Assembly: GCA_965219995.1 (NCBI GenBank)
Contig: CBDCOX010000002.1
Span: forward strand, 2,432,001 to 2,496,000
DNA: 64,000 nt
Direction: 5' to 3'
Origin: Candidatus Latescibacterota bacterium
GTDB lineage: Bacteria > Latescibacterota > UBA2968 > GCA-2709665
Positions 1 through 9,519 of the stretch are shown here, one piece after another. The notes beneath the pieces are model-generated. The model had not been told where the DNA came from. It was given only the letters and a program-made list of their open reading frames with translations, and searched no databases. Each line of letters starts with the position of its first letter. Position 1 is the first letter of the stretch. The translations under genes were made by a program, and so were the position numbers.

Positions 1-257
1 ATGCTGAAGACAGTGATCCATTCCGACGGCGACAGCACGAAGGCGCGCCCGAACCGCCGGGCAAGCACGGCGCAGGCCAGAATCGACAGGAGGCACAGGA
101 TCAGCACGCCCATCGGAACCTGGGCGACCATCATGTACGACCCCTTCTGGATGTACCGGGCCGTACAGGCCAGCAGGCTCATGGCCGTCGCGATGCAAAG
201 ACCGATCACGATCGACCGAAGCGTCACCCGCGCTTCCGGCTGTGTACCGTCGTTCAC
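1..257 (-). CDS. DUF6785-like multi-pass membrane protein, 5' part only (runs off window start); paralog of 6274..8277
   Basis: Not in ORF track. Reverse complement from GTG 257 reads MNDGTQPEARVTLRSIVIGLCIATAMSLLACTARYIQKGSYMMVAQVPMGVL...RFGRAFVLSPSEWITVFS, aligning by eye with the N-terminus of 6274..8277 (RYVQHGSYM...PMG...FGRRFVLAPAEWITIFG). Confidence 0.8.
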   Translation of the reverse strand, partial: MNDGTQPEARVTLRSIVIGLCIATAMSLLACTARYIQKGSYMMVAQVPMGVLILCLLSILACAVLARRFGRAFVLSPSEWITVFS

Positions 258-301
258 GATTCGCCGATCATTAACATCTTTCGCAGGTTGCCGGGTTCCC
301 G

Positions 302-1636
302 TCACTCGCCGGTCGACGGCGCGAACGGATTCATCCAGACAACGGCCCTGGTCCCCCAGTCGGTGGACATGATATCGTCGTAACCGTCACCGTCAAGGTC
401 CGCAAGACGGACGATGTTCGGCCAGTTGAGTCCCGCGCCGTCGCCAAGGCGGGTGGCCTCCCAGAAGGTCCCGTCGCCCCTCACGTTCCTGAACACGAAG
501 ACCCCGTCTCCGCCATCGGAGGGCACGACGATATCCGGGCGCCCATCCCGGTCCACGTCGCCAACGTCGAAGGAGTAGGCGTGCCCCAGCCCGCCCGCGA
601 TCTCGTGGAATCTCCATTCGCTCCCGGGACCCACGCGCTCCCGCCAGGCCAGGTACCCGTTTCTGAGACTGGTCTCCACACAGTCAAGATCGCCATCCGC
701 GTCGAGGTCCGCGAATCGCGCATGGACCTGGGAGACGGGCCTGTCGGAAAAGCGACCGACCCATCGGCGCACGGAATCGGCGGATGCCGCATGGATGGAA
801 TCCCGCTTCCATTCCGTCCCTTTTCCGTCGGAATTAATCAGCAGAAACGGCATGGACGCATGCTCAGAAGCGCAGACGAGATCCATATCTCCGTCCCGGT
901 CGACGTCCCCCGCGTCCACGCCGATCAGGGGAGGCAGATCGACAGGGATCGCCACTTCCTTCCAGGGCGTCGATCGCTGTGGGTCTTGACGATACCAGCC
1001 CACGTTGTTCCCTGACTCCGAAATCGAGGTGACCACGATATCGTCGAGTCTGTCGCCGTCGACGTCCGCGACCACGGCCCTCACCGGAAGCTCGAGGACC
1101 TTCGACCGGAGGCGGGTCTTTCTCCAGTTTCCGCCGTCCGAAGTCTCGTAGATGACCGTCTCTCCCGACAGATAGCAGGGGATTACGACGGCCGCTCTTC
1201 CACCCGCCGTGCGACGGACGACAACGGCGTCCTTTGGCGTGACCTGCCGGTCGTCGAGCAGATGGATACGAAACGCCAATCCTGATTCCGGCCGGGGAAC
1301 CACGTTCTCCAGCCAGTAGACCATGCCGTATTCGCGATCCTCGCCAGGGACCTTTTCTCCGCCTGACTGAAACGCCACGACGAGGTCCAGGTCGGCATCC
1401 CCGTCGAAGTCGGCCGCGTGGATGCCGTAGGAATTGGTCCCGTCAAGCGATGCGCCATCCCCGTCTCCCAGGTCGACGACCCGCCACCTCGCGGCCGCAT
1501 CGGCGTCCATTCCCAGGACATTGGGACTGAGGGCCAGGATTTCGGGGGAAACCTGGGCGGCGGCTGGTGCGGCGGCGAGCGCCACTGCCGCGACCGTGCC
1601 CGCGAGAAACGCCCGGAAATCGAAGTTCGGCATCAC
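302..1636 (-). CDS. Secreted FG-GAP/VCBS repeat beta-propeller protein
   Basis: Signal peptide (AAPAAA-Q); repeated DxDGDGxxD motifs (DFDGDADLD, DVDGDRLDD, DVDRDGDMD, DLDADGDLD, DLDGDGYDD). Confidence 0.85.
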   Translation of the reverse strand: MMPNFDFRAFLAGTVAAVALAAAPAAAQVSPEILALSPNVLGMDADAAARWRVVDLGDGDGASLDGTNSYGIHAADFDGDADLDLVVAFQSGGEKVPGEDREYGMVYWLENVVPRPESGLAFRIHLLDDRQVTPKDAVVVRRTAGGRAAVVIPCYLSGETVIYETSDGGNWRKTRLRSKVLELPVRAVVADVDGDRLDDIVVTSISESGNNVGWYRQDPQRSTPWKEVAIPVDLPPLIGVDAGDVDRDGDMDLVCASEHASMPFLLINSDGKGTEWKRDSIHAASADSVRRWVGRFSDRPVSQVHARFADLDADGDLDCVETSLRNGYLAWRERVGPGSEWRFHEIAGGLGHAYSFDVGDVDRDGRPDIVVPSDGGDGVFVFRNVRGDGTFWEATRLGDGAGLNWPNIVRLADLDGDGYDDIMSTDWGTRAVVWMNPFAPSTGE

Positions 1637-2853
1637 GGCCTCCCGGGCATCTTCGTCACGTGGATACGGCCGCCGATCCCGCCCAGGTCTGCCGGCATCT
1701 GACCGGAAGGCCGGTCCGCACCCGGCCGGAAGTCCGGAACCCTCACAACCCGGCTGCCTTCCTCGATCGAATCCACGGCCAGCACCGCCGGCGCCATCGA
1801 ATCCATCACCCGGTACACGTCGTAGGTCAGCTCCTCGCCCTTCAGGATCGCGTCACGGAAATACATATGGACATAATAGTCCGCATCGCCGTGTCCGCTC
1901 CCCCGCGCCTCCGGCGGCGCGTCCGTCCGACGGTACTGCCAGTCGACGTCCGTCCAGTCGTTCATCTGCGTGTCCGCCAGCCACAGCTTCGGCTTCTCTT
2001 TTCCGGACCGCCGCCACTCCACGCTTCCCTTCGTCCCGATCATCTGCCACCAGTGGTGGTCTCCGTGCGGCCTGGGCTGATTGAACCCGTTCAGCATCCG
2101 GATCAGCGTATCCTTTTCCGTTTTCATCAGGGCCACCTGGATATCGGCGTTGAGCATCTCCGGCGTCGTATAACTCGGCGGTTTGGTACTCATGCCCGTG
2201 ACTTCGATGACGCGGTCGTCCAGAATCTTCAGCAGGATACTCAGATCGTACGAGGCGGAAATGATGTACGGCAGATATTGCGGATTGGCGGGTTCGGCCT
2301 CCGGGTGGTCGGGAAGCGCCTCGACGGGGTACTGCTTGCCGGTCCTGAAATCCTGAAACCACTGATGGGTGCCGTAATAGCCCAGATACTGACCCTCGGC
2401 GTAGGTGATCTTTCCCAGCATCCCGTCGTCCACCAGCTTCTTCCATCCGTCCACGAACCCCCAGAACCGTGTCTGCTCAGCAAGGCTGTAGACCAGTCCG
2501 GTCCGTTCCACGTTGGTGACGATGCGCCAGCACTCCTCCATCGTATGGGCCCCGGGCACCTCGCAGTTGACGTGCTTCCCTGCCTCCATGGCCTCTGCGG
2601 CCATGGTCCCCTGCTCCATCTGCCTGACCACGAGCCCCACCGCGTCCATCCCGTCGTACGACAGGAAATCGTAATAGTTGTCGAATACACGTACGTCGTT
2701 CCGATAGGCAATCTCCGCGAGCGCCCGCTCCTGCAGCGGCTCGATCCAGTCGTAGATCGCCGTAATCCGGTAACCCGGCACCTTCTGCAGCAACCGGATC
2801 CAGTGCAGCCCGCGGTGACCCAGTCCTGCGACGCCGATTCTGATCTCATCCAT
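1633..2853 (-). CDS. Gfo/Idh/MocA family NAD-dependent oxidoreductase (GH109-like)
   Basis: Rossmann GLGHRG, AGKHVNCEVP, C-terminal GSGHGDAD; stop overlaps next start. Confidence 0.9.
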   Translation of the reverse strand: MDEIRIGVAGLGHRGLHWIRLLQKVPGYRITAIYDWIEPLQERALAEIAYRNDVRVFDNYYDFLSYDGMDAVGLVVRQMEQGTMAAEAMEAGKHVNCEVPGAHTMEECWRIVTNVERTGLVYSLAEQTRFWGFVDGWKKLVDDGMLGKITYAEGQYLGYYGTHQWFQDFRTGKQYPVEALPDHPEAEPANPQYLPYIISASYDLSILLKILDDRVIEVTGMSTKPPSYTTPEMLNADIQVALMKTEKDTLIRMLNGFNQPRPHGDHHWWQMIGTKGSVEWRRSGKEKPKLWLADTQMNDWTDVDWQYRRTDAPPEARGSGHGDADYYVHMYFRDAILKGEELTYDVYRVMDSMAPAVLAVDSIEEGSRVVRVPDFRPGADRPSGQMPADLGGIGGRIHVTKMPGRP

Positions 2854-2929
2854 GAATTCCTCCGTACAGGAAAATTGGAACTGTTTGACCCTTCACGAAT
2901 AAAACAAGGGAATTGGTCGCCATCCACAT

Positions 2930-2958
2930 TTGACGCCGCCGGGAACGCGGTTTACAAT
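2930..2958 (+). promoter_or_regulatory. Putative sigma70 promoter for 3064..3990
   Basis: TTGACG (2930-2935) - 17 bp - TACAAT (2953-2958). Confidence 0.55.
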
Positions 2959-3063
2959 CCAATTATACTGAATTGACCGGGATGGCAAATTGGAAATCTT
3001 CGAGCGCGTGCGAATTTTTCCAGCATATTTCGCCGGCAACTTCCAGGATGACGAGGGCACGCT

Positions 3064-3990
3064 ATGTATAGACGTATTCGCAGTGTCTCTGCGTTACTGC
3101 TTTTCATAAGCCTGGCGTGGCGTTGCAGCGGTGATCGTGCGATGACGTCAGGAAGTACGGATACCCCAGAGCCAAGTGCTCGACAGGCGGACGGACAGAT
3201 TGGAGGTCCGTTGAGCAAAACAGCCGCGGACCACGACTCGGGTGAGGCTGTGGTTGCCGTGAACGAGAACCTCGCACGGGCCGTGGTGGTTGCCGTATTG
3301 CGGCAAGGCCAGGTGCCGCTCGCCGACGTCACCGTGGCGTTCTCGCGTTCCATATCGGGACGGGCTGCCAATTTCGAGTGGTCGGGCACGACCGACGAAC
3401 GCGGTGAGGCCCGCGTGGAGATTCGCGCGGACGACGTGAGCGGATACTACCGCGCGCGCGCCCGGCGGAACGAGCGTCTGCTGGGTTCCTGGTCGAGCAT
3501 TCCAATTAACGGTGGAGATGAAGTGACGGTCGAATTGCCCGTCGGCGAAAAGGCAAGCGTGACCGCTTCCAGGCCGGATGACGACGACGCGCCTGAGGAA
3601 CTGAAACGTCGGGGCGACACGGTCATCATCGACGAGGCAACGGACACGACGGACCGGTGGGGCAAGGACGCGTTTGAGTTGAACTCCGCCGCGATTGCGG
3701 GCGACACACTTGCCGTCAATGTGTCGTTCAGCGGCGGATGCAGAAAACACGAATTCACGTTGGTCGCATCCGGCGCATTCATGGAGTCGGATCCGGTGCA
3801 GCTCAACGTGACGCTCGCCCACAATGCAAACGGCGACTCGTGCGAAAGGTGGGTCACCGAAGGCTATCTCTTCAGCCTGGCGCCAATCAAAGCGCTTTAC
3901 CAGAAAGCGTATCAGCAGGATTCAGGAGTTATTGTCCTGCAGCTCAAAGATGCGCCGGCCGACGCGCTCGTCTATGAATTCGCCCGATAG
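3064..3990 (+). CDS. Exported/lipoprotein with prealbumin-like N-terminal domain and NigD-C-like C-terminal domain
   Basis: Hydrophobic N-terminus ending LAWRC; C-terminal SFSGGC..HEF.L...FMESDPVQ....L.HNANGDSCE motif. Confidence 0.6.
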   Translation: MYRRIRSVSALLLFISLAWRCSGDRAMTSGSTDTPEPSARQADGQIGGPLSKTAADHDSGEAVVAVNENLARAVVVAVLRQGQVPLADVTVAFSRSISGRAANFEWSGTTDERGEARVEIRADDVSGYYRARARRNERLLGSWSSIPINGGDEVTVELPVGEKASVTASRPDDDDAPEELKRRGDTVIIDEATDTTDRWGKDAFELNSAAIAGDTLAVNVSFSGGCRKHEFTLVASGAFMESDPVQLNVTLAHNANGDSCERWVTEGYLFSLAPIKALYQKAYQQDSGVIVLQLKDAPADALVYEFAR

Positions 3991-4001
3991 TCTCCCATCT
4001 G

Positions 4002-4919
4002 TCACACCGGATGGCGCTCGCAGCCCAGGGCCTGCGCGATGGCCCGGATGTGAGACGGACCCGCGCCGCAGCACGCCCCGATGAAGTTGATTCCCTCGGC
4101 CTTCGCCTTCAACGCGTATTGGGCCATTTCGCTGCCCGATACGATCATCGACTCCCGGATCACCGAATTGTTGGGACCCGCGTTGCGATAGCCCTGCGGC
4201 TGATAGGCGATGGGGATATCCACCGCCTCCCGCATCGCCAGGACCCCCGGCCACATGGTCATCGAGTCGCCGGAGCAGACCAGGCCCACGATATCCGCGC
4301 CTTCGTCCGCCAGGACCTTCGCGCACTCCGCGGGCGTGGCGCCGTCATGCGTCCGGCTGCTCGAGCCCATCAGAACCATCGCGGGAACGTCGGTTTTCTT
4401 GCAGCGAGACAGGCAGAGCCGGGCCTCGTCGAGGCGGGCGAACGTTTCCGGTATCAGAAGCCCGGCGCCCGCGTCCACCATCCAGGAAATGTGTTCGTCC
4501 CACTCCGCGCACGCCCGCTCGCGCGCCTGCGCATTGTCGGGCTGATAGATATACGGACCCGTCCACGAGCCCGCGGCCGTCTGGTTCAGGCACCCGGCGA
4601 CCAGGGCTTCGTCGCCGGAAGCCTCCCTGGCCAAACGGATCGCCGTGCGGGAAATCTCCTCGAGCCGGGCCGCCTCCCCGCCGACCCCGTCACCCGATAT
4701 GTCGCGGCGTTCCAGTTGCGACCGGCTGGTCCACCAGGTCTGCGCCTGGAGCACGTGGGAACCGGCCCTGTAGAAATCCTGATGGATCTGACGCAGCGCG
4801 TCCGGATCTTCCAGGATCATCGCGGGCGTATCGTACCCCCGCCACCTAGCCTCGATGATCATCCCCCCATCGCTCAGAACAACGCCCTCGTCCAGCATCT
4901 TCAGTATGTCCATGCCCAT
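4002..4919 (-). CDS. Homocysteine S-methyltransferase family protein (HMT-1)
   Basis: LSDGGM, IHQDFYRAGS, PETF, Zn-ligand Cys in GLVC and GACCG; start re-assigned to ATG 4919 with AGGAG RBS. Confidence 0.88.
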   Translation of the reverse strand: MGMDILKMLDEGVVLSDGGMIIEARWRGYDTPAMILEDPDALRQIHQDFYRAGSHVLQAQTWWTSRSQLERRDISGDGVGGEAARLEEISRTAIRLAREASGDEALVAGCLNQTAAGSWTGPYIYQPDNAQARERACAEWDEHISWMVDAGAGLLIPETFARLDEARLCLSRCKKTDVPAMVLMGSSSRTHDGATPAECAKVLADEGADIVGLVCSGDSMTMWPGVLAMREAVDIPIAYQPQGYRNAGPNNSVIRESMIVSGSEMAQYALKAKAEGINFIGACCGAGPSHIRAIAQALGCERHPV

Positions 4920-5000
4920 CGTGGTTCTCCTCTGCAAGAGTCATCCCAATCCCGGTCGCCGGAGCGGCGGATACCGTCGGCGACCTTCCCTCATCGCTCC

Positions 5001-5936
5001 CTATCGCGGCCGGAGTTCGATGTGCTTCCGCTCGCAGTCCAATGCCTGGGCAACCGAACGAAGGAGTCGTACGACCACCCCGTCCGACCCGCCCAGAAAT
5101 CGGATATCGTGCGCAATCGCCTTCAACGCGTACTGTCCCAGCTCCATCCCGTAGACGTGCATGCCCTCCCGCATGTGCTTCCAGTGCGGCCGGCACGTCC
5201 GGTACCCGTTCGGCAGGAAGGCAATCGGCACGTCCACGGCCTCCCGCATTTCCAGCACCACCGGCCACAGGTCCTCCGGTTCCCGAATCCCGCCGCCGCC
5301 CAGGACGTCGGACCCGTCGCCGGCCAGAACACGCGCGCATTCGGCGGGCGCGACGCCGTCGGCTGTTACTTCGTCGTCTCCAAGGAGCGGATTGTTCAAT
5401 CGGCCGTCCGGCAACGCGACGTCCATGGAAACCACGACCGGAAGCGCTGTCTTCCTGCAGCAGGCCAGCGCCAGGCGCGCCTCGTCCAGCCGACCGAAGG
5501 ACTCGCAGACGAGGAGATCCACGCCCGCGTCTGCCAATATCTCCACCTGCTCCTCCCACTCCGCCACGGCGCGGCCCGCCGATCCGGCATCGCCGGCCTG
5601 AAAGGCGTCCGTTGGTAACAACGTACCCGCGACCAGCGCCTCCGGTCCGGCCGCGCGTTTCGCCAGGGCCACGGCCCGCCGGTTCAATGCGTCGACCGGG
5701 TCGCCCCCGCCCCCTGTCCCACGTTCGCCAACGCCGGTTCGCGTACACCGGCCCGTGAGGGCTCTGATCACACCGGCGCCGGCCCGGAAGAAATCCTGGT
5801 GGACCAGCCGCACCGCGTCCGGGAAGTCCTCGAGCACCCACGGCGCCGTGTACCCCCGCAGCCTCAGCTCCTCCTCGTTTCCACCGTCGGCCAGCACAAA
5901 CCCATCCTTAAGAGCACCTAAGACAGACTCAGCCAT
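5001..5936 (-). CDS. Homocysteine S-methyltransferase family protein lacking Zn-binding cysteines (HMT-2)
   Basis: LADGG, VHQDFFRAGA, CESF; but GxNC site is GGGG and GGCCG site is GGSDG. Confidence 0.8.
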   Translation of the reverse strand: MAESVLGALKDGFVLADGGNEEELRLRGYTAPWVLEDFPDAVRLVHQDFFRAGAGVIRALTGRCTRTGVGERGTGGGGDPVDALNRRAVALAKRAAGPEALVAGTLLPTDAFQAGDAGSAGRAVAEWEEQVEILADAGVDLLVCESFGRLDEARLALACCRKTALPVVVSMDVALPDGRLNNPLLGDDEVTADGVAPAECARVLAGDGSDVLGGGGIREPEDLWPVVLEMREAVDVPIAFLPNGYRTCRPHWKHMREGMHVYGMELGQYALKAIAHDIRFLGGSDGVVVRLLRSVAQALDCERKHIELRPR

Positions 5937-5959
5937 AAAACCGCTCCTCTCCTATAATC

Positions 5960-6273
5960 GTCTCACGTCTAACATCGGTGAGAGGTAAGACGGGAGACGG
6001 TAGATGACATCTTTGCCCGATTGGATTTTCCTTTATGCCTCCGGCAAGAAATGAAACCGCACCAGGCAATCACATCCTCTACCGTCTCACCTCTACCCTC
6101 TCCCCGCCCTTGAGGGGCCGGGGGGAGAGGTCGCCAAAAATCGGTGAGAGGTAAGAGGGTAGACGGTAGATGACATCCTTGCCCGTTCGGTTCTTCCTTG
6201 ATGCCTCCGGCAAGAAATGCAACCGCACCTGGCAGTCACATCCTCTCCCGTCTAACGTCTTACGTCTTCCCGC
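5960..6273. repeat. Heptamer-armed palindromic repeat cluster A (2 cores)
   Basis: (G/T)AGACG-type heptamer arms flanking core TTGCCCG...TATGCCTCCGGCAAGAAATG...GGCAA, closed by complementary CGTCTC/CGTCTA arms. Confidence 0.85.
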
Positions 6274-8277
6274 CTAATGCCAGCTGTGAACCCTGTGCCC
6301 CGAATGCGGGAACCAGATGGCGTCCACGACCGTGCCCGCGATCACCGCGACGATATATGCCGTGAGGATCCCGATGAAAAAGGGCAGCGACCGCCGGTAG
6401 AATGCCGTGCCGCCGATCCTCAGCATTAGGAACTTGATCAGCCACGCGACCAGTAGCGTGAGGCTTTCCAGCCTGGCGAATATCGTTCCCGACAGCGCGA
6501 ACCCGATCGGATGCAGCCGCCATCGGGGCAGCCGGTACCGCATCAGGTTCAGGGCCGTCATCACAACCACGCCCGCCAGGAACAGCCAGTATTCCACGGC
6601 CAGGATGGGCCTGGGGTTGCGCAGGGCATCCACGGCCAGGCCGTAGTGCCATTCACCCTCGTGAAGGATCAGCCAGTTCGGCTGGAAATTGTATCCCCCC
6701 ATGGTGTAGGCCATCCAGACCGTTTGGAGCGTGGAAACCACCGTGCCGACCATGAACGCCCCGAACACCCCCCAGAAAAAGCGCCGTTTGCCTTCGGGGA
6801 TGAAGTCCCCCAGCCGGTTCACCTGCGCGATCACCGGCAGCGCGAAGCTCCTGGGGTGGTTGACCGTGAACGACAGCAGGCTGGAGGCGGCGTTCGTGGA
6901 CGGGTTCAGCCTGTGCGCTCCGCCCAGCCCGAACAGCGCGTAGTCCCAGGCCACCGCCGGCGGATCCACGTAGACAAGCCCCGAGTCGGCGACCACCTTC
7001 GCCACGCCGATGTAGACGATGAACATGGCCGGCGTCAAGACCAGGATCATCGCCGGCTCGATGCCGACCTGCGCGAGCCAGGCCGCAATGTACACGAAGC
7101 AGACGACCAGCCCGATCACAGCCGCACGATAGGATATCCACTCCCTGCTGTCGTCCAGGGCGGAACCGCCGGGGCGGACCGCCTTCCGGAATACCTCCCG
7201 AAGGTGCCCCCTGGAAATCCAGAGCCACCAGATGACCAGCGCCGCGAAGGCGCCGGCCGTCTGGAACTTGTAACTCGTCAGGTTATACGGACCGGAACCG
7301 TAGTGCGGGGACGTCGCCACCACGCCCAGCCGGTTCAGAATTCCGGCTTCGATCATGTAGAGGATATCGAAGAACCAGATACTGAAGAGGACTTCCAGGT
7401 TGGCGAAATAGGAAAAGCAGATGACGAATATACTCAGATAGACGCAGAACGGGGGATACTGTTTCGGCAGGAGGTCCCACACATAGTTCATGCGGGTGTT
7501 CATCACCCGGGGAAAGGCCGGATAGAACCAGTGCACCATATTCAGCCAGAAAATCCCCGACGTCAGCCCGAAGCCCGCCCAGAAGGCCTTTCCCTTCATG
7601 AATTCCGGCAGGACCCGCTCCCCGGACCCGCTCCGGTTCGCCATTTCCAGGACGGGTGTGAGCGCGGGGTAGACCAGCTTTTCGTGGTCCGCCCACTGGC
7701 GGTGAAGAATCACCGACACGCAGACACAGGCAAACCCGAGAACGGCGATAAAGCCGAACCACCACAACAGCGGTCCCCACCAGTCGTGCCAGGGAATGGA
7801 CATCCCGGCCGGAAGGCCTTCGAAAAACATGGTGATGGACTGCCGTTCGTCCGTCGAGATCAGCCAGCCGGGAAGATGCGGGTGCAGATACTCCGACCAC
7901 CGGTTCTCGGGTGTGGCGAAGTAGTACGGCGCCACCATCTGGCTGACGAGATATCCGCTGATCCCGTACGTGGGGCCCATGGCGCTGACCAGGACCATGC
8001 CGAAAATCGTGATCCATTCCGCGGGCGCCAACACGAAACGCCGGCCGAACCATCGGGCAAACGCGGCGCAAATGAGCAACGACAGCAGAAAGAGCAGGAG
8101 GTTGCCCATGGGGATCAGGCTGATGGCCATATACGACCCGTGCTGGACGTAACGCATCGTATTGGCGAGCAGATTGACGGCTACGGACAGCCCAAGCCCG
8201 AAACCGACAGCGCGAGTCGTTACGCCCCCCCGCACCGGATACCGTTTCCGCGGTGCCGCCGTGCCGCCTTCCGCCAT
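6274..8277 (-). CDS. DUF6785/DUF6784-like multi-pass membrane protein, putative transporter
   Basis: 667 aa, many TM segments, QWADHEKLVYP, WRLHPIGF, IGGTAFYRRSLPFFIG motifs. Confidence 0.75.
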   Translation of the reverse strand: MAEGGTAAPRKRYPVRGGVTTRAVGFGLGLSVAVNLLANTMRYVQHGSYMAISLIPMGNLLLFLLSLLICAAFARWFGRRFVLAPAEWITIFGMVLVSAMGPTYGISGYLVSQMVAPYYFATPENRWSEYLHPHLPGWLISTDERQSITMFFEGLPAGMSIPWHDWWGPLLWWFGFIAVLGFACVCVSVILHRQWADHEKLVYPALTPVLEMANRSGSGERVLPEFMKGKAFWAGFGLTSGIFWLNMVHWFYPAFPRVMNTRMNYVWDLLPKQYPPFCVYLSIFVICFSYFANLEVLFSIWFFDILYMIEAGILNRLGVVATSPHYGSGPYNLTSYKFQTAGAFAALVIWWLWISRGHLREVFRKAVRPGGSALDDSREWISYRAAVIGLVVCFVYIAAWLAQVGIEPAMILVLTPAMFIVYIGVAKVVADSGLVYVDPPAVAWDYALFGLGGAHRLNPSTNAASSLLSFTVNHPRSFALPVIAQVNRLGDFIPEGKRRFFWGVFGAFMVGTVVSTLQTVWMAYTMGGYNFQPNWLILHEGEWHYGLAVDALRNPRPILAVEYWLFLAGVVVMTALNLMRYRLPRWRLHPIGFALSGTIFARLESLTLLVAWLIKFLMLRIGGTAFYRRSLPFFIGILTAYIVAVIAGTVVDAIWFPHSGHRVHSWH

Positions 8278-8292
8278 GGATCCCCCGTTCGT

Positions 8293-9489
8293 TTACGCCG
8301 AGCGCAACCCCACGCCGCCCGGGTCCGCGGGTAGTTCGCCTGCCGCCCGATCCCCGTTCGGGCGAAAATCGGGAACCCGCATCAGCCGGCTCCCTTCCTG
8401 TATCGAGTCGATCGCCCGTACTGCCGCGGCGACCGTATCCATGGCCCTGTACACGTCGAATTCCAGGGGCTTCCCGTCGAGAACTGCATCGCGAAAGTGC
8501 ATATGCACATAGGAATCCGCGTCGCCGTGGCCGCTGCCGCGCGCCTCGGGAGCAGCGTCCGTGCGTTCGTAATGCCAGTCCACTTCCGACCAGTCGTTCA
8601 TCTGCGCGTCCGCGAACCAGACTTTCGGCATCTCGCTGCGCGACCGGCGCCACTCCAGGCTCCCCTTCGTGCCGATCAGCTGCCACCAGTGGTGGTCTCC
8701 GTGCGGGCGCGGCTGCGTATGGCCGTCCAGCATGCGAATCAGCGTATCCTTTTCGGTCTTCATCAGCGCCACCTGCACATCGGGCTTTCCAATCTGAGGA
8801 TGCGCGTAGCTCGGTCTCTTCGTGCTCATCGCCGTCACTTCGGTCACCCGGTCGTCCAGGATCTTCAGCAGGATGCTCAGATCGTACGAGGCGGCGATGA
8901 TGGGCGGCGTGTCGTGCGGAAACGTCGGACGGGCCTCGGGATGCTCGGGCAGTTCCTCGATCGAATATTGCCTGCCGGTTGTGTAGTCCTGAAAAAACTG
9001 ATGCGTACCGTAATACCCGACGTACTGGCCTTCGGCATACGTAATCTTGCCCAGGCGTCCATCGTCAACCAGGCGCTTCCATCCGTCCACGAACCCCCAG
9101 AACCGGGTCTGCTCCGCCAGGCTGTAGACCAGCCCCGTACGCTCCACGTTCGTCAGGATTCGCCAGCATTCCTCCATCCTGTACGCGCCGGGCACTTCGC
9201 TGTTTACGTGCTTGCCCGCTTCCAGCGCCTCCGCCGCCATCCGCCCCACCTCACGCTGCCGCACCACGAGACCCACCGCGTCCATCGGTTCATAAGCCAG
9301 GAACGCTTCGTAGTCGCTGAACGCGGCCACCTCGTCACGGTAGGAAATCCCGGCAAGGGCCCGATCCTGAAGCGGTTCGATCCAATCGTAGACCGCTGCG
9401 ATCCGGTAGCCGGGGATGTTCTGCAGCAGCCTGATCCAGTGCAGCCCCCGGTTTCCCAGGCCCGCGATCCCAATGCGAATTTCATCCAT
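8293..9489 (-). CDS. Gfo/Idh/MocA family oxidoreductase (GH109-like), close paralog of 1633..2853
   Basis: GLGNRG, AGKHVNSEVP, GSGHGDAD; long identical stretches with 1633..2853. Confidence 0.9.
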   Translation of the reverse strand: MDEIRIGIAGLGNRGLHWIRLLQNIPGYRIAAVYDWIEPLQDRALAGISYRDEVAAFSDYEAFLAYEPMDAVGLVVRQREVGRMAAEALEAGKHVNSEVPGAYRMEECWRILTNVERTGLVYSLAEQTRFWGFVDGWKRLVDDGRLGKITYAEGQYVGYYGTHQFFQDYTTGRQYSIEELPEHPEARPTFPHDTPPIIAASYDLSILLKILDDRVTEVTAMSTKRPSYAHPQIGKPDVQVALMKTEKDTLIRMLDGHTQPRPHGDHHWWQLIGTKGSLEWRRSRSEMPKVWFADAQMNDWSEVDWHYERTDAAPEARGSGHGDADSYVHMHFRDAVLDGKPLEFDVYRAMDTVAAAVRAIDSIQEGSRLMRVPDFRPNGDRAAGELPADPGGVGLRSA

Positions 9490-9519
9490 TTACGTTTCTC
9501 CGGAACCGGTTGGAAGGCA

